A stretch of 64,000 nt of DNA, taken from Candidatus Levyibacteriota bacterium. Its GTDB lineage: Bacteria; Patescibacteriota; Microgenomatia; Levybacterales; UBA12049. The stretch spans positions 31,000-94,999 of the forward strand of contig JACQHJ010000002.1 in the NCBI GenBank assembly GCA_016199085.1, written 5' to 3'. Numbering within the stretch: position 1 is the stretch's first letter; the number at the start of each line of letters is the position of its first letter. Below, one piece after another: positions 1 to 9,578 of the stretch. Made by a program: the position numbers and the translations under genes. Below the pieces are notes generated by a model. It searched no databases. It was not told the DNA's origin and worked only from the letters and a program-made list of their open reading frames with translations.

Positions 1-8
1 AAAATAAT

Positions 9-461
9 ATGACAGTAGATGTAAAGCTAATCAAACAATTAAGAGACGAAACAGCAGCGTCAATTGCTGATTGCAGAAAGGCTTTGGAAGAAACTAAAGG
101 GGACTACGAAAAAGCTTTAGACTGGCTTAAAAAACACGGAATTGAGAAAGCCTCAGAAAAACAAGACAGAGAGACAAGTCAGGGAATAATTGAAAGCTAT
201 ATCCACCAAAACGGAAAAGTAGGAGTATTGATTGAGATTCTTTGTGAAACAGACTTTGTAGCAAGGACCGATGATTTCAAAAAGCTTGCCCATGAGGTTG
301 CAATGCAGGTTGCCGCCATGAATCCAAAAGACGTTGACAGCCTACTTAAACAGGAATATATTAGAGACAGCAAGGTAACAATAGGAGAGCTTGTAAAACA
401 AACAATAGGGAAATTAGGGGAAAACATTGTCATAAAGAAACTGGTCAGATTCGAAATATAA
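9..461 (+). CDS. tsf: Elongation factor Ts (short form, 150 aa)
   Basis: N-terminal UBA-like motif VKLIKQLRDETAASIADCRKALEE and core EILCETDFVARTDDF typical of EF-Ts; directly followed by frr as in the conserved tsf-frr synteny. Confidence 0.85.
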   Translation: MTVDVKLIKQLRDETAASIADCRKALEETKGDYEKALDWLKKHGIEKASEKQDRETSQGIIESYIHQNGKVGVLIEILCETDFVARTDDFKKLAHEVAMQVAAMNPKDVDSLLKQEYIRDSKVTIGELVKQTIGKLGENIVIKKLVRFEI

Positions 462-1021
462 TGGATCCAATAACGACATCTACAAAGGCCCAGATGGACA
501 AAGTGATAGAGATGTTAAAAGCTGATTTATCAACTGTGAGGGCAGGAAAAGCATCCCCGGCATTAGTTGAAAATCTCGTAGTCGGAGCATACGGAGGCAC
601 CCAAAAGTTAAAAGTAATAGAGCTTGCCCAAATTCAGGCAACAGATCCCCAGACAATCGTAATTACCCCTTATGACGCTTCAATAATCGGAGAAATACAC
701 AAAGCAATTTTGGAGTCAAATACTGGGCTAACTCCTGTAATTGACGGACAACTCATCAGAATCTCAATCCCGCCGCTTTCCGAGGAAAGAAGGCAGGAAT
801 TGGTTCATCTGGTAAATCAAAAACTGGAAGGAGGAAAAATCCAGATAAGACAAGTTAGGCATGAAGGAATGGCAGAAGTCAAAAAGCAATTAAATGATAA
901 AGTAATTACCCAGGATGATAATCAAAGACTTGAAAAAGAAATACAAAAATTAACAGATGACACTATTTCCCAAATTGAAACAATGGGAAAACAAAAAGAA
1001 CAAGAATTAATGGTAATCTAA
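461..1021 (+). CDS. frr: Ribosome recycling factor
   Basis: 186 aa; motifs LSTVRAGKASPALVENL, IRISIPPLSEERRQELVHLV, characteristic RRF; start ATG overlaps the tsf stop (ATAATGG). Confidence 0.85.
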   Translation: MDPITTSTKAQMDKVIEMLKADLSTVRAGKASPALVENLVVGAYGGTQKLKVIELAQIQATDPQTIVITPYDASIIGEIHKAILESNTGLTPVIDGQLIRISIPPLSEERRQELVHLVNQKLEGGKIQIRQVRHEGMAEVKKQLNDKVITQDDNQRLEKEIQKLTDDTISQIETMGKQKEQELMVI

Positions 1022-1028
1022 ACCCCCG

Positions 1029-1592
1029 ATGAAAAACGAAAATAGGGAAATCGAAGTCCGCTTTTTAAATATAAATCCTAAAGTTTTAATTAAAAAACTT
1101 CAGAAACTTAACGCAAAAGACGAAGGGGAATATAAAATAACAGAGACAATCTTTTACGATAAAGAAAAGACCTGGTTAAATATTGGTAAATTTGTCCGTA
1201 TCAGAAAAGCAAAGGATAAAATCTTAGTTTCCTATAAACATCATCAAAAACATACTGCAACAGATACGGTCGAAATTGAATTTGAGGTCAATGATTTTAA
1301 TAAAGCAAGAGATTTTATTGAAAGCTTAGGACTGGTTGCTTTTAGAATACAAGAGAAAAAGAGACACACTTTTAAGCTGGATAACGTCACTTTAGATATT
1401 GATACTTGGCCAACTATTCCAACATACGTAGAAATTGAAGGGGAGTCTGAGGAGGATTTAAAAGATATTGCTCAAAAATTAGATCTGGACTGGAAAAAGG
1501 CAGTATTTGAGAATGCCAAAATTGTTATAGAGAAATATTATAGAGTGCCGGTTTCTATATATAAATATTTTACTTTCAAGAAAATTGCATAA
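1029..1592 (+). CDS. CYTH-domain protein (CyaB/ThTPase-like triphosphate tunnel metalloenzyme)
   Basis: N-terminal EIEVRF (ExExK-type CYTH signature) and size about 187 aa. Confidence 0.55.
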   Translation: MKNENREIEVRFLNINPKVLIKKLQKLNAKDEGEYKITETIFYDKEKTWLNIGKFVRIRKAKDKILVSYKHHQKHTATDTVEIEFEVNDFNKARDFIESLGLVAFRIQEKKRHTFKLDNVTLDIDTWPTIPTYVEIEGESEEDLKDIAQKLDLDWKKAVFENAKIVIEKYYRVPVSIYKYFTFKKIA

Positions 1593-1660
1593 AATTGACC
1601 AATAGTAAAGTTGCGATTACAAGCATTTTACACTTACTTGGTGAAGAGTAAATACGAGGC

Positions 1661-2116
1661 CTAGGGTTTTAAATTATCGATCTGGGAAAGTTGTCCTAAG
1701 GTTCCAGTGGGACTCCTTTTACCGATAAGCATATCTTTTTTGTTCATTTCGCCAATTTCTTCAATAGTAAACCATCCATAATCTTGAAGCTCAGCGTCTA
1801 ATTTTATGTGATAATCTTTTACCCTGCCTTTTAGACTGACTAAGAAAATAAGTCCGAGTCGAATCTCACTATTATTATCTTTTTTCCAGGAATAACTTTG
1901 TATAAAAATGGGGGTTTTATCGATTTTTATACCAATCTCTTCTTTCACCTCACGTCTTATGGCATCCTCTACCGTTTCCCCAACCTCTATCTTTCCTCCA
2001 AGATTTTGCCATTTCCCAGGGAAAATATCATCAATTTTACTTCTTTGTACTAATAAAAATTTATCTGCGCAAAAGAGCGCTACTATAACTGACACTATTT
2101 GTAAGGGTTGATTCAT
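1661..2116 (-). CDS. NUDIX hydrolase
   Basis: Nudix box GGKIEVGETVEDAIRREVKEEIGI (GX5EX7REUXEEXGU). Confidence 0.75.
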   Translation of the reverse strand: MNQPLQIVSVIVALFCADKFLLVQRSKIDDIFPGKWQNLGGKIEVGETVEDAIRREVKEEIGIKIDKTPIFIQSYSWKKDNNSEIRLGLIFLVSLKGRVKDYHIKLDAELQDYGWFTIEEIGEMNKKDMLIGKRSPTGTLGQLSQIDNLKP

Positions 2117-2244
2117 GACTCTAATTTTGTATTAAAAAATATATGTTAGGATTTTAACACAATTGTTTTGGTATGAAAAATAAGCAACATTTTTATAATT
2201 AATACATTGAAAAATATCCTTTTATAGTGTAATCTAATAACTCA

Positions 2245-3372
2245 ATGTTAATTACCATTCTCGTTTTTCTCCTAATCCTTTCAATACTTGTTTTAATCCA
2301 TGAAGCAGGCCACTTCTTCGTTGCTAAATTTTTCAATATTAAGGTAGAAGAATTCGGATTCGGACTGCCTCCTCGTGCTTTTGGTATTAAAAGAGGGGAG
2401 ACTGTCTATTCTATCAATTGGCTTCCAATTGGAGGATTTGTAAAATTATTCGGGGAAGATGATGCTGGAGCAGGTAAGGTTTCATTACCAAAAATAACAC
2501 AAAATAAAACTACTAATAAAGACGAGAGTAGGGCATTCTATTCCCGTCCTGTTTGGCAAAGAGCTTCTGTTGTTTTTGCCGGAGTATTTATGAACTTTGT
2601 TTTGGCGGTTGCCATTGTATCAATCCTTTTCTCATTTATCGGAGTTGCGGTTGCCGGAAAAGATGTTGTAGTTGACCAGGTTATAAAAGGAGCTCCGGCA
2701 GAGCAGTCAGGTATAAAACCTAAAGACATAATAGTTAGTATCAATAATGTAAATATAACAACTCCTGACCAATTGGTTTTGTATACGAAAGATCATCTGG
2801 GAGAAAAACTGGTACTTAAGCTAAAAGATACAAAATCTAATATTAGAACCGTTGAGATAACCCCAAGAAGCCAATATCCCAAAGATCAAGGACCGATGGG
2901 GATTGCCATCTCTCAGAGTTTTACAACCAAAAAATACCCAATCTGGGAAGCACCGTTTGTAGGAACAAAAGAAGTTTTAAACCAGTCGGCAATGATAGGG
3001 CAGGGATTGGTAACAGTAGTAGTTCAGCTTATTACCCAGGGTTCGGTTCCCAAAGACGTTGCAGGACCTGTTGGAATTGCACAATTAACAGGAACGGTTG
3101 TTGAAATAGGCCTTCCTGCGGTTTTATCTTTTATTGCACTTTTATCACTAAATCTTGCAATTATTAATATTTTACCCATTCCTGCTTTGGACGGCGGAAG
3201 ACTTTTCTTTATTCTGATAGAGGGATTCACGGGTAGAAAGGTAAGTCCTAGAGTGGAAACTATGGCGCATACTATCGGTATGGCAGTATTACTTGGTCTA
3301 ATTGCCTTAATAACAATTCATGATTTGTTTAGAATAGCTAGCGGACAACCCTTGATTCCTCAGATAAAGTAG
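2245..3372 (+). CDS. rseP: RseP-like site-2 protease (M50 zinc metalloprotease with PDZ domain)
   Basis: HEAGHF (HExxH) in first TM helix, central PDZ-like segment (GSPAEQSGIKPKDIIVSING), C-terminal LDGG motif region. Confidence 0.8.
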   Translation: MLITILVFLLILSILVLIHEAGHFFVAKFFNIKVEEFGFGLPPRAFGIKRGETVYSINWLPIGGFVKLFGEDDAGAGKVSLPKITQNKTTNKDESRAFYSRPVWQRASVVFAGVFMNFVLAVAIVSILFSFIGVAVAGKDVVVDQVIKGAPAEQSGIKPKDIIVSINNVNITTPDQLVLYTKDHLGEKLVLKLKDTKSNIRTVEITPRSQYPKDQGPMGIAISQSFTTKKYPIWEAPFVGTKEVLNQSAMIGQGLVTVVVQLITQGSVPKDVAGPVGIAQLTGTVVEIGLPAVLSFIALLSLNLAIINILPIPALDGGRLFFILIEGFTGRKVSPRVETMAHTIGMAVLLGLIALITIHDLFRIASGQPLIPQIK

Positions 3373-3373
3373 G

Positions 3374-4186
3374 TTATTTTATAAATAAATTACCGTTTAA
3401 TTCAAGAAATCTTTTTGATTTTGTTTGGAGATCTGCGTTTACTATTCCATCGTATCCCAATTCAATTTGAGTAAGAAGTGCTTCTGCAATAGCCCCATCT
3501 TCCCTATGTGCTCTTTGAGCCTTAGTTGTTTGATCAACTATATACTCGACCTGTCTGACCCCTATGTCTTCTATGTCACCCGTGATTGTCTGAACATGTT
3601 CCATATTGTGCCTTATTCCTTCTACTTGTCCTGTGATCTCCAAAGCCATACCCACAAGGCCTAGTTTATATACGGAATCATCCCGTGATACTATGATTGC
3701 AAATCCGAGTCCGTCTTCGGATAATGCACCAGGTGCATACATAGGAGATTTCTCTTTGGGTAGAGAGTCCACTGGAGTTACAATAACTGTATTACTTTCA
3801 CCGTATAGCTGCAAGAAATGCACAGCGCTTTTAAAGACGGGATTTTGGCTTTCTGCCATAAATTGTAAAGTTTTATCAATTCTGTCTTTGGTTTCTCTTA
3901 CCAATTCCCTGTGATTTTGGATTTGTCCTTCTGGTAGGGGATCAAAAGCGTACTTTGCAAGCGTAGCTTGTTCATTTTCAATTTCCAAAGGACTGAAATG
4001 AATGGTTCTTGCCGCCTCTGCTATTAAACCGGGAGTTAATGTAGCCTGTACGGTGTCTCTTCTTGCCTGAGCTTCTGCATCATTATATTTTACCGCAGCA
4101 ACTCCAACGGTTGTTGCAACAATCGCTGTTGCTGCAAGCGCTTCCGCAAATTGTCTTCCTCTGTTTACTCCCTCTCTTCTTGGCAT
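3374..4186 (-). CDS. Hypothetical protein, compositionally atypical (Arg/Gln/Glu/Thr-rich)
   Basis: 270-aa ORF convergent with rseP, stop 2 nt from the rseP stop; no recognisable motif; higher local GC gives antisense shadow ORFs 3425..3664 and 3606..3914. Confidence 0.45.
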   Translation of the reverse strand: MPRREGVNRGRQFAEALAATAIVATTVGVAAVKYNDAEAQARRDTVQATLTPGLIAEAARTIHFSPLEIENEQATLAKYAFDPLPEGQIQNHRELVRETKDRIDKTLQFMAESQNPVFKSAVHFLQLYGESNTVIVTPVDSLPKEKSPMYAPGALSEDGLGFAIIVSRDDSVYKLGLVGMALEITGQVEGIRHNMEHVQTITGDIEDIGVRQVEYIVDQTTKAQRAHREDGAIAEALLTQIELGYDGIVNADLQTKSKRFLELNGNLFIK

Positions 4187-4265
4187 ATTTTGTTAATAGT
4201 TTTTTAAACGAAAATAGATTATATAAGAATACCGCATTTTAGTCAAACACAAGTGTGCTAAAATT

Positions 4266-4940
4266 ATGAAAATGAAGATAATAAAAGTAAAAGATGCTGG
4301 TGAAGGAGTAGATAAGGCGAAAAGTTTTATCTACAAATACTCCAATAGTCAAACCGCTTTATTTCTCTCAGGCGGTTTGACCCCAAAAGCCCTGTATCAA
4401 ACTCTTTCCACTGATAAAAAACTAAAGGCCGGAGCAGTTGCGGTTGTAGATGAAAGATTTGGGTTACCATTCCATGACAACTCAAATGAAAAAATGATCA
4501 AAGACTCACATCTTTTTGAATATCTTAAATCGACAAACACTTTGGTATTTACGGTTTTAAACGGAAAGGATATTGATAATACTACGAAAGATTATGAAAA
4601 AATCATCTCAAGGTTGTTTAAATCTTACAAACAAAAAATTGCTATCCTGGGAATTGGGGAGGACGGACATACGGCGGGTATTCCTAAAGGATACTACAAT
4701 TCAAATGAGTTGGTAATAAAAATAGATGATTTTCCCTCGGAGTTTAGGAAGCGTATTACTTTAACCTTTAAAGCACTAGAACAGATGGATAGGTTAATCG
4801 TTTTGGTTTTTGGTGAAAATAAAAAAAAGGTTTTAAATGAAATGTTTAAGAAGGGTTTACTTGAAGAACTTCCTGCAAGATTTTATTTACAGAAGGAAAT
4901 TTCTCAAAAGACTATTTTAATTACAGACCAGGCAGTTTAA
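4266..4940 (+). CDS. pgl: 6-phosphogluconolactonase
   Basis: Glucosamine-6-P isomerase/6PGL family motif ILGIGEDGHTAG; lies next to zwf and gnd. Confidence 0.7.
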   Translation: MKMKIIKVKDAGEGVDKAKSFIYKYSNSQTALFLSGGLTPKALYQTLSTDKKLKAGAVAVVDERFGLPFHDNSNEKMIKDSHLFEYLKSTNTLVFTVLNGKDIDNTTKDYEKIISRLFKSYKQKIAILGIGEDGHTAGIPKGYYNSNELVIKIDDFPSEFRKRITLTFKALEQMDRLIVLVFGENKKKVLNEMFKKGLLEELPARFYLQKEISQKTILITDQAV

Positions 4941-5413
4941 GTATCTCTTTGAATTTTTCTACTTAACCTTTGAATTCCTTTTTTGGACATTTTCGATCTC
5001 CAGAGCACTATTGCTCCCTCTCCTTCATAGGGGTTTGGAATTGCGGTTTGAATAGCCATTACATTAAATCCTTCTTGTGGACTATAGACTAATTCATACG
5101 ACCTATATAAATCATGTGATTGTCCATTAACCAGACTGACACCTTCTTTTCTATCAACACCTCCTAAAAGATATGTTTTGTCAACTCTATCAAGGTAAAG
5201 CCTGGGGCGTCTGTAGTAGAAAGCATGAAAAAATAATGGATTTGAGTCAGCAGTTCTAACGCTAACGCTTGCGGGGTTTCTAGGATCTTGTTGATAAATT
5301 CTATTTCTTTCAACATAAGAAACCAAATCGACCATGAAAAGAGCTATTGTAGGACTTGGTGGTCTAAAGCTTTCAGGAATTAATATACTCTGTTCTATTT
5401 CTGTTTTTAGCAT
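4937..5413 (-). CDS. Hypothetical protein, compositionally atypical
   Basis: 158-aa ORF overlapping the pgl stop by 4 nt on the opposite strand; Arg/Pro/Tyr-rich; no known motif. Confidence 0.4.
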   Translation of the reverse strand: MLKTEIEQSILIPESFRPPSPTIALFMVDLVSYVERNRIYQQDPRNPASVSVRTADSNPLFFHAFYYRRPRLYLDRVDKTYLLGGVDRKEGVSLVNGQSHDLYRSYELVYSPQEGFNVMAIQTAIPNPYEGEGAIVLWRSKMSKKGIQRLSRKIQRDT

Positions 5414-5467
5414 CTGGATATTATACCGAAAAATTGCCAGAAGTTTATAAATTCAAGGAGAAGTATT

Positions 5468-5983
5468 TTACCGTCTAGCTGGGGGAAGACTTCTGAAAAT
5501 TGTTCTATCAAATAATCCTCTTAATTTTCCCAAAGCGCTTAATCCAGTTGAAACGGGAATGACTGCGTTGGAATCTCGTGGTTCTATAAGAGTAAGCTCA
5601 GCTCTGGCAATTGGTCCAGTGCCATCTCGAAGATATCTTTCCTGTAGCCTGTGACTTGCGGCATGGATTTCTCCTAAAGTGGCAGAAGATACTCCTATCT
5701 CCGTAGGTAGTGTACCATCTGGGTACACCAGGCCTACTTGTCTGATACTTACTCTCTCGATGATGATGGTAGTTCCATTGGTTCGTGTTATGTCGATCTC
5801 AAGTGTTTCGCCGTCTTCTGGTGGCGCAATGCCCTCTGGCCCTATTAACCTAGATGTTAAATCGTCTGCAAAAGCTCTCAATTGTTCATCTTCATGTAAT
5901 TGTTCAGGGGTCAACCTCCATCTACCTGCAATGTCTTGTCTTCTTTCAGTTATGTCTCCTGGCATAGTTGCGAAAATATACAC
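5468..5983 (-). CDS. Hypothetical protein, compositionally atypical
   Basis: 171-aa ORF; Arg/Glu/Thr/Leu-rich; its antisense frame is open (the 5679..6020 extension of the zwf frame), but that extension is Ser/Cys-rich and non-protein-like. Confidence 0.4.
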   Translation of the reverse strand: MYIFATMPGDITERRQDIAGRWRLTPEQLHEDEQLRAFADDLTSRLIGPEGIAPPEDGETLEIDITRTNGTTIIIERVSIRQVGLVYPDGTLPTEIGVSSATLGEIHAASHRLQERYLRDGTGPIARAELTLIEPRDSNAVIPVSTGLSALGKLRGLFDRTIFRSLPPARR

Positions 5984-6020
5984 CTTGATATTTACTTTGT
6001 CAACACCTGACTATATAATC

Positions 6021-7445
6021 ATGTTTATGACTCCTTTTATTTTGGTAATCTTTGGAGCAACGGGAGATCTGGCACAACATAAACTAATCCCAGCCCTTTT
6101 TGCTCTTTTTAAGACAAACCATCTTCCCAAAGATTTTTATATCATCGGTTTCTCAAGAAGAGAATTTAAAGACGAAGAGTTTCATAGTTATTTTAAACCT
6201 CAATTGGAAGATCCTAAGTGGAAAGATTTTACCAGCCATCTTTTTTACCAATCGGCAAGTTTTGAAGAAAAAAACGGATATGAAAATCTCAACAAAAAGC
6301 TTTTAGAAATAGATGAGAAATTGGGAGCCTGCATAGCTAGATTTTTCTATCTTGCAACCCCGCCTGATCACTACGAAACAATTTTGGAAAAGCTTGTTGA
6401 AACAAAATTGTCTGAAGGATGCGGGCATGATAAAGGAAACTGGACAAGGCTTATTATTGAAAAGCCCTTTGGTAAAGACTTGGATACTGCAAAAGCCTTG
6501 GATAAAAAACTTGCCGAGATTTTTGAAGAAAAACAGATCTTTAGGGTAGACCACTATCTCGGCAAAGAAACCGTCCAAAACATGCTGGCATTTAGGTTTG
6601 CCAACGGAATTTTTGAGCCTGTCTGGAAAAAGGAATATATAGATCATGTCCAGATTACTTTTGCCCAGGATGAGGGAGTAGGAACCAGAGGAAAGTTCTT
6701 TGACGGAATTGGAATATTACGAGACATTGCCCAAAACCATTTATTGCAGCTGTTAGCTGCCGTAGCCATGGAAAGCCCCAAGAGTTTTACAAAAGAGGAC
6801 CTAAGAGATGCAAGAGCAGAGGTAATAAAAAATGTAAAAGTAGCTGATAATAATTCAATTATCAGGGGACAATATGAGGGGTACAAAGATGAAAAAGACG
6901 TAGAAAAAGATTCTGATACCGAAACATTTGTGGCGATGAAAATGTTTGTTAATACTAAAAGATTTAACGGCGTTCCTTTCTATGTTAGGGCAGGGAAGAA
7001 ATTAAAAAAAGAGGTAGTTGAGATATCGGTTGTCTTTATCCAAACGTGTCACATTTTGTTTAAGGAATACGGCTGTCCCGAGATCGGTAATGTAATCACA
7101 TTTCGAATCCAGCCGAATGAAGGGATAAGTTTAAGATTTATCGCAAAAACTCCCGGTGCAAAACTAGGTCTTGAGTCGGTTGACATGAAATTTAATTACA
7201 AAGAGGGTTTTGGAACAAGTGGTTTGGAAGCATACGAAAGAGTCTTGCTTGATATATTTGCAGGAGATCAGACTCTTTTTAACAGAAGCGATGAGTTGGA
7301 AAGTTCTTGGAAGTTTATTACTGAAATTTTAACTAAGTGGGAACAAAATAAAAGTGATTTATTAACCTACGAACAAGGAACGCTGGGTCCAGACAGGTCA
7401 AATGAATTAATAGAACAAGATGATAAGAAATGGCTTTTGATATGA
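6021..7445 (+). CDS. zwf: Glucose-6-phosphate 1-dehydrogenase
   Basis: N-terminal Rossmann motif LVIFGATGDLAQHKLIPALF, RVDHYLGKE active-site motif; start placed at ATG 6021 because the 5679 frame extension is non-homologous; ends TGA. Confidence 0.85.
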   Translation: MFMTPFILVIFGATGDLAQHKLIPALFALFKTNHLPKDFYIIGFSRREFKDEEFHSYFKPQLEDPKWKDFTSHLFYQSASFEEKNGYENLNKKLLEIDEKLGACIARFFYLATPPDHYETILEKLVETKLSEGCGHDKGNWTRLIIEKPFGKDLDTAKALDKKLAEIFEEKQIFRVDHYLGKETVQNMLAFRFANGIFEPVWKKEYIDHVQITFAQDEGVGTRGKFFDGIGILRDIAQNHLLQLLAAVAMESPKSFTKEDLRDARAEVIKNVKVADNNSIIRGQYEGYKDEKDVEKDSDTETFVAMKMFVNTKRFNGVPFYVRAGKKLKKEVVEISVVFIQTCHILFKEYGCPEIGNVITFRIQPNEGISLRFIAKTPGAKLGLESVDMKFNYKEGFGTSGLEAYERVLLDIFAGDQTLFNRSDELESSWKFITEILTKWEQNKSDLLTYEQGTLGPDRSNELIEQDDKKWLLI

Positions 7446-8356
7446 AAATAGGTTTTATTGGTCTTGGGAGAATGGGTAACAGAATGGTAGGGAAATTGAC
7501 TTTAGAAGGACACAATGTAGTTGTCTGGAACAGAACTTTGCAGGTTGCAAAAGATCTCCAAAAAGAAATAAATTCGATTCAGGTTTCTTCAAGTATTAAA
7601 GAGCTTATAGATTCACTCCCAAGGCCTAAAGTTATTTGGATTATGGTTTCTCACCAAGGTGTAGACGAAGTTTTAGATGAGGTTAAAAAATATTCAAAAA
7701 GTGGCGATGTGGTCGTAGATGGAGGCAATTCACATTTCCAAGATACTGAAAAAAGATTTAACGAGTTTGAAAAATTAGGAATTCACTTTTTGGGTATTGG
7801 AACAAGCGGTGGAATAGTTGCAACTAAAAACGGTTATCCTTTTATGGTCGGGGGAAGCAAAAAGGGATATGACATTATTAAGCCCATTTTGGATTCTTTA
7901 GCAAAACCACACGGAGGTCATCAGTATTTTGGAAAAGGCGGAGCAGGGCATTTTGTCAAAATGGTTCATAACGGAATTGAATACGGTATTATGCAGTCTC
8001 TTGGTGAAGGGTTCGAGGTCTTAGAAAAATCAAAATATAATTTCAATCTTTTAGATGTTGCAAAGCTTTGGCAAAAAGGCACTTTGGTTTCCGGTTTTAT
8101 GTTAGATAGGGCAAAAGACGCTTTGGAGAAAAATTCAAAGTTAGACGATATTGTCGGTGTTATTGATGCCTCAGGCGAAGCCTTATGGACAATAGAGGCA
8201 GCTAAAAAAGAAAATGTTAAAGTTGAAATAATTGAAAGATCGCTGGATTACAGGAAAAGATCAAAAACCGATAAGAAGATTCAGCAAAGCTTTACTGCCA
8301 GAATGGTTGCCGCTTTAAGAAGAGAATTCGGAGGACACGAAGTAAAGAAGCGTTAA
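7430..8356 (+). CDS. gnd: 6-phosphogluconate dehydrogenase, decarboxylating (short about 300-aa form)
   Basis: IGFIGLGRMGNRM NAD(P)-binding motif, GGNSHFQDT, GTSGG, GAGHFVKMVHNGIEYG; overlaps the zwf stop. Confidence 0.8.
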   Translation: MAFDMKIGFIGLGRMGNRMVGKLTLEGHNVVVWNRTLQVAKDLQKEINSIQVSSSIKELIDSLPRPKVIWIMVSHQGVDEVLDEVKKYSKSGDVVVDGGNSHFQDTEKRFNEFEKLGIHFLGIGTSGGIVATKNGYPFMVGGSKKGYDIIKPILDSLAKPHGGHQYFGKGGAGHFVKMVHNGIEYGIMQSLGEGFEVLEKSKYNFNLLDVAKLWQKGTLVSGFMLDRAKDALEKNSKLDDIVGVIDASGEALWTIEAAKKENVKVEIIERSLDYRKRSKTDKKIQQSFTARMVAALRREFGGHEVKKR

Positions 8357-9153
8357 ATGTTGTAGCCTTCTATATGTTCGGACCCCGGATGGTAAATACC
8401 TGAAGTTGTTCTTCCCGGACTCTCTCTGATTGTTTCCGTTAATTGAATAAGCTTTCCTGCAGGAACCTCGAGTCCAAACATTTGTAATGGTCCAATTGAT
8501 GCCCCTCCCTTAAAATGTCTTTGCCAAAGTTGATATTCCTGTACCCACACAGAGCCTAATTCAAATTTTCGCGCAGCAGCTTCCATTCTCTCTAATCTTT
8601 GGGTAAAAGCTACGGGTACATTGAGCTGGGCGTGAACAACTCTAAATAAAGCATAAGGAAGAAAGTAAGTTGGTTCTTGTTCCCATTGTCTTATACGCGT
8701 TGCTACCTTTTCGCCCTTAGGTGGATCAAAAAGGTCATCTTCTAAGGAATAGGGGGTTTGAATGAGTCCAGCTTTATTCTTTCCTCTCAAAATTATCTTT
8801 GTTCCCTCATGGTTTACTTCAATCCCGCTTCCCGAAAGAGGGAGTCTTAGAACTGGCATACCTTTTATCCCGAGGTCTTCGAGATTTCCCATAGCTGCTA
8901 CAGTATCTAGATATATCTGATCGCGTGTTATTCCCAAAAATGCTGCAAGCTTAAGTATTCGCTCTCCGTAAATATAAAACATTTCCTCTTCTATTTTTGC
9001 AAGTCGATTAGGGGGAAGTCCCAGTTCGGGACCGTTTCTTATCCTTTCTCTCCTTGTCGCATATTGTCGGATATATTTTAAATATTCTTTTCGTTTTCTT
9101 AAGGCAAAAAGCTCGAAAGCTGCCGGAGCTCCTCTTTGATCTTCAAGTGTCAA
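8353..9153 (-). CDS. Hypothetical protein, compositionally atypical
   Basis: 266-aa ORF overlapping the gnd stop by 4 nt, opposite strand; Arg/Glu/Leu/Gln-rich; no known motif. Confidence 0.4.
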   Translation of the reverse strand: MTLEDQRGAPAAFELFALRKRKEYLKYIRQYATRRERIRNGPELGLPPNRLAKIEEEMFYIYGERILKLAAFLGITRDQIYLDTVAAMGNLEDLGIKGMPVLRLPLSGSGIEVNHEGTKIILRGKNKAGLIQTPYSLEDDLFDPPKGEKVATRIRQWEQEPTYFLPYALFRVVHAQLNVPVAFTQRLERMEAAARKFELGSVWVQEYQLWQRHFKGGASIGPLQMFGLEVPAGKLIQLTETIRESPGRTTSGIYHPGSEHIEGYNI

Positions 9154-9251
9154 TTTATCCTCCCTTTATATATAAAACGAATATATACAAAAATGCCTAC
9201 ATTTTAAAAAACAGTTTTATTTATACTAGAATTAAAATATAATAATAAAAC

Positions 9252-9575
9252 ATGAATGTAAACATTGATGATTTTAAAAAGATTGAGATAAGAATTGGTA
9301 AAGTTTTAGCCTGTGAGAAAGTCGAGAATGCAGATAAACTCCTAAGACTGCAAGTTGATTTCGGAGATTTTAAACGTCAGATTATTTCTGGCATTGCGCA
9401 GTGGTACGAAGCAAAAGATCTAGAGGGAAAACTTCTTCCTTTCATTGTTAATTTAGAGCCAAGAAATTTTAGGGGAGAAGAGAGTAAGGGAATGTTAATG
9501 GCAGCTGAAGGCGAAGACGAACCGGTTCTTCTTGAGCCATCTAAAGAAATAAAGGTGGGGAGTCTGGTTGTTTAA
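9252..9575 (+). CDS. tRNA-binding domain protein (CsaA/Trbp111/EMAP-II-like OB fold)
   Basis: 107 aa; FKKIEIRIGKVLACEKVENADKLLRLQVDFGD and GMLMAAEGED closely match the tRNA-binding OB-fold domain. Confidence 0.7.
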   Translation: MNVNIDDFKKIEIRIGKVLACEKVENADKLLRLQVDFGDFKRQIISGIAQWYEAKDLEGKLLPFIVNLEPRNFRGEESKGMLMAAEGEDEPVLLEPSKEIKVGSLVV

Positions 9576-9578
9576 ACA

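Noticed and set aside
197-433. Numerous 60-100-aa antisense ORFs inside conserved genes (e.g. 197..433, 1908..2111, 2538..2744, 16617..16844, 23649..23924, 35833..36099)
   Set aside because: They lie entirely within and opposite to strongly supported genes, have low-complexity or hydrophobic junk composition and no start context, and are treated as shadow ORFs.
3374-4186. Attempted fold assignment (proteasome/HslV-like or Ntn-hydrolase) for the atypical ORF 3374..4186
   Set aside because: No N-terminal Thr nucleophile context or other family signature could be aligned by eye. Left as hypothetical.
5679-6020. 342-nt N-terminal extension of the zwf reading frame in the ORF track (5679..7445)
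   Set aside because: The extension is Ser/Cys-rich, is not homologous to G6PD, and is antisense to ORF 5468..5983. G6PD homology starts at MFMTPFILVIFGATGDL (ATG 6021), so the extension is treated as a shadow frame.
7443-7445. UGA recoding (code 25/4), as in some candidate phyla
   Set aside because: TGA terminates zwf at a position consistent with G6PD length. Other genes also end in TGA or TAA with good homology to the last residues, so the standard code is retained.
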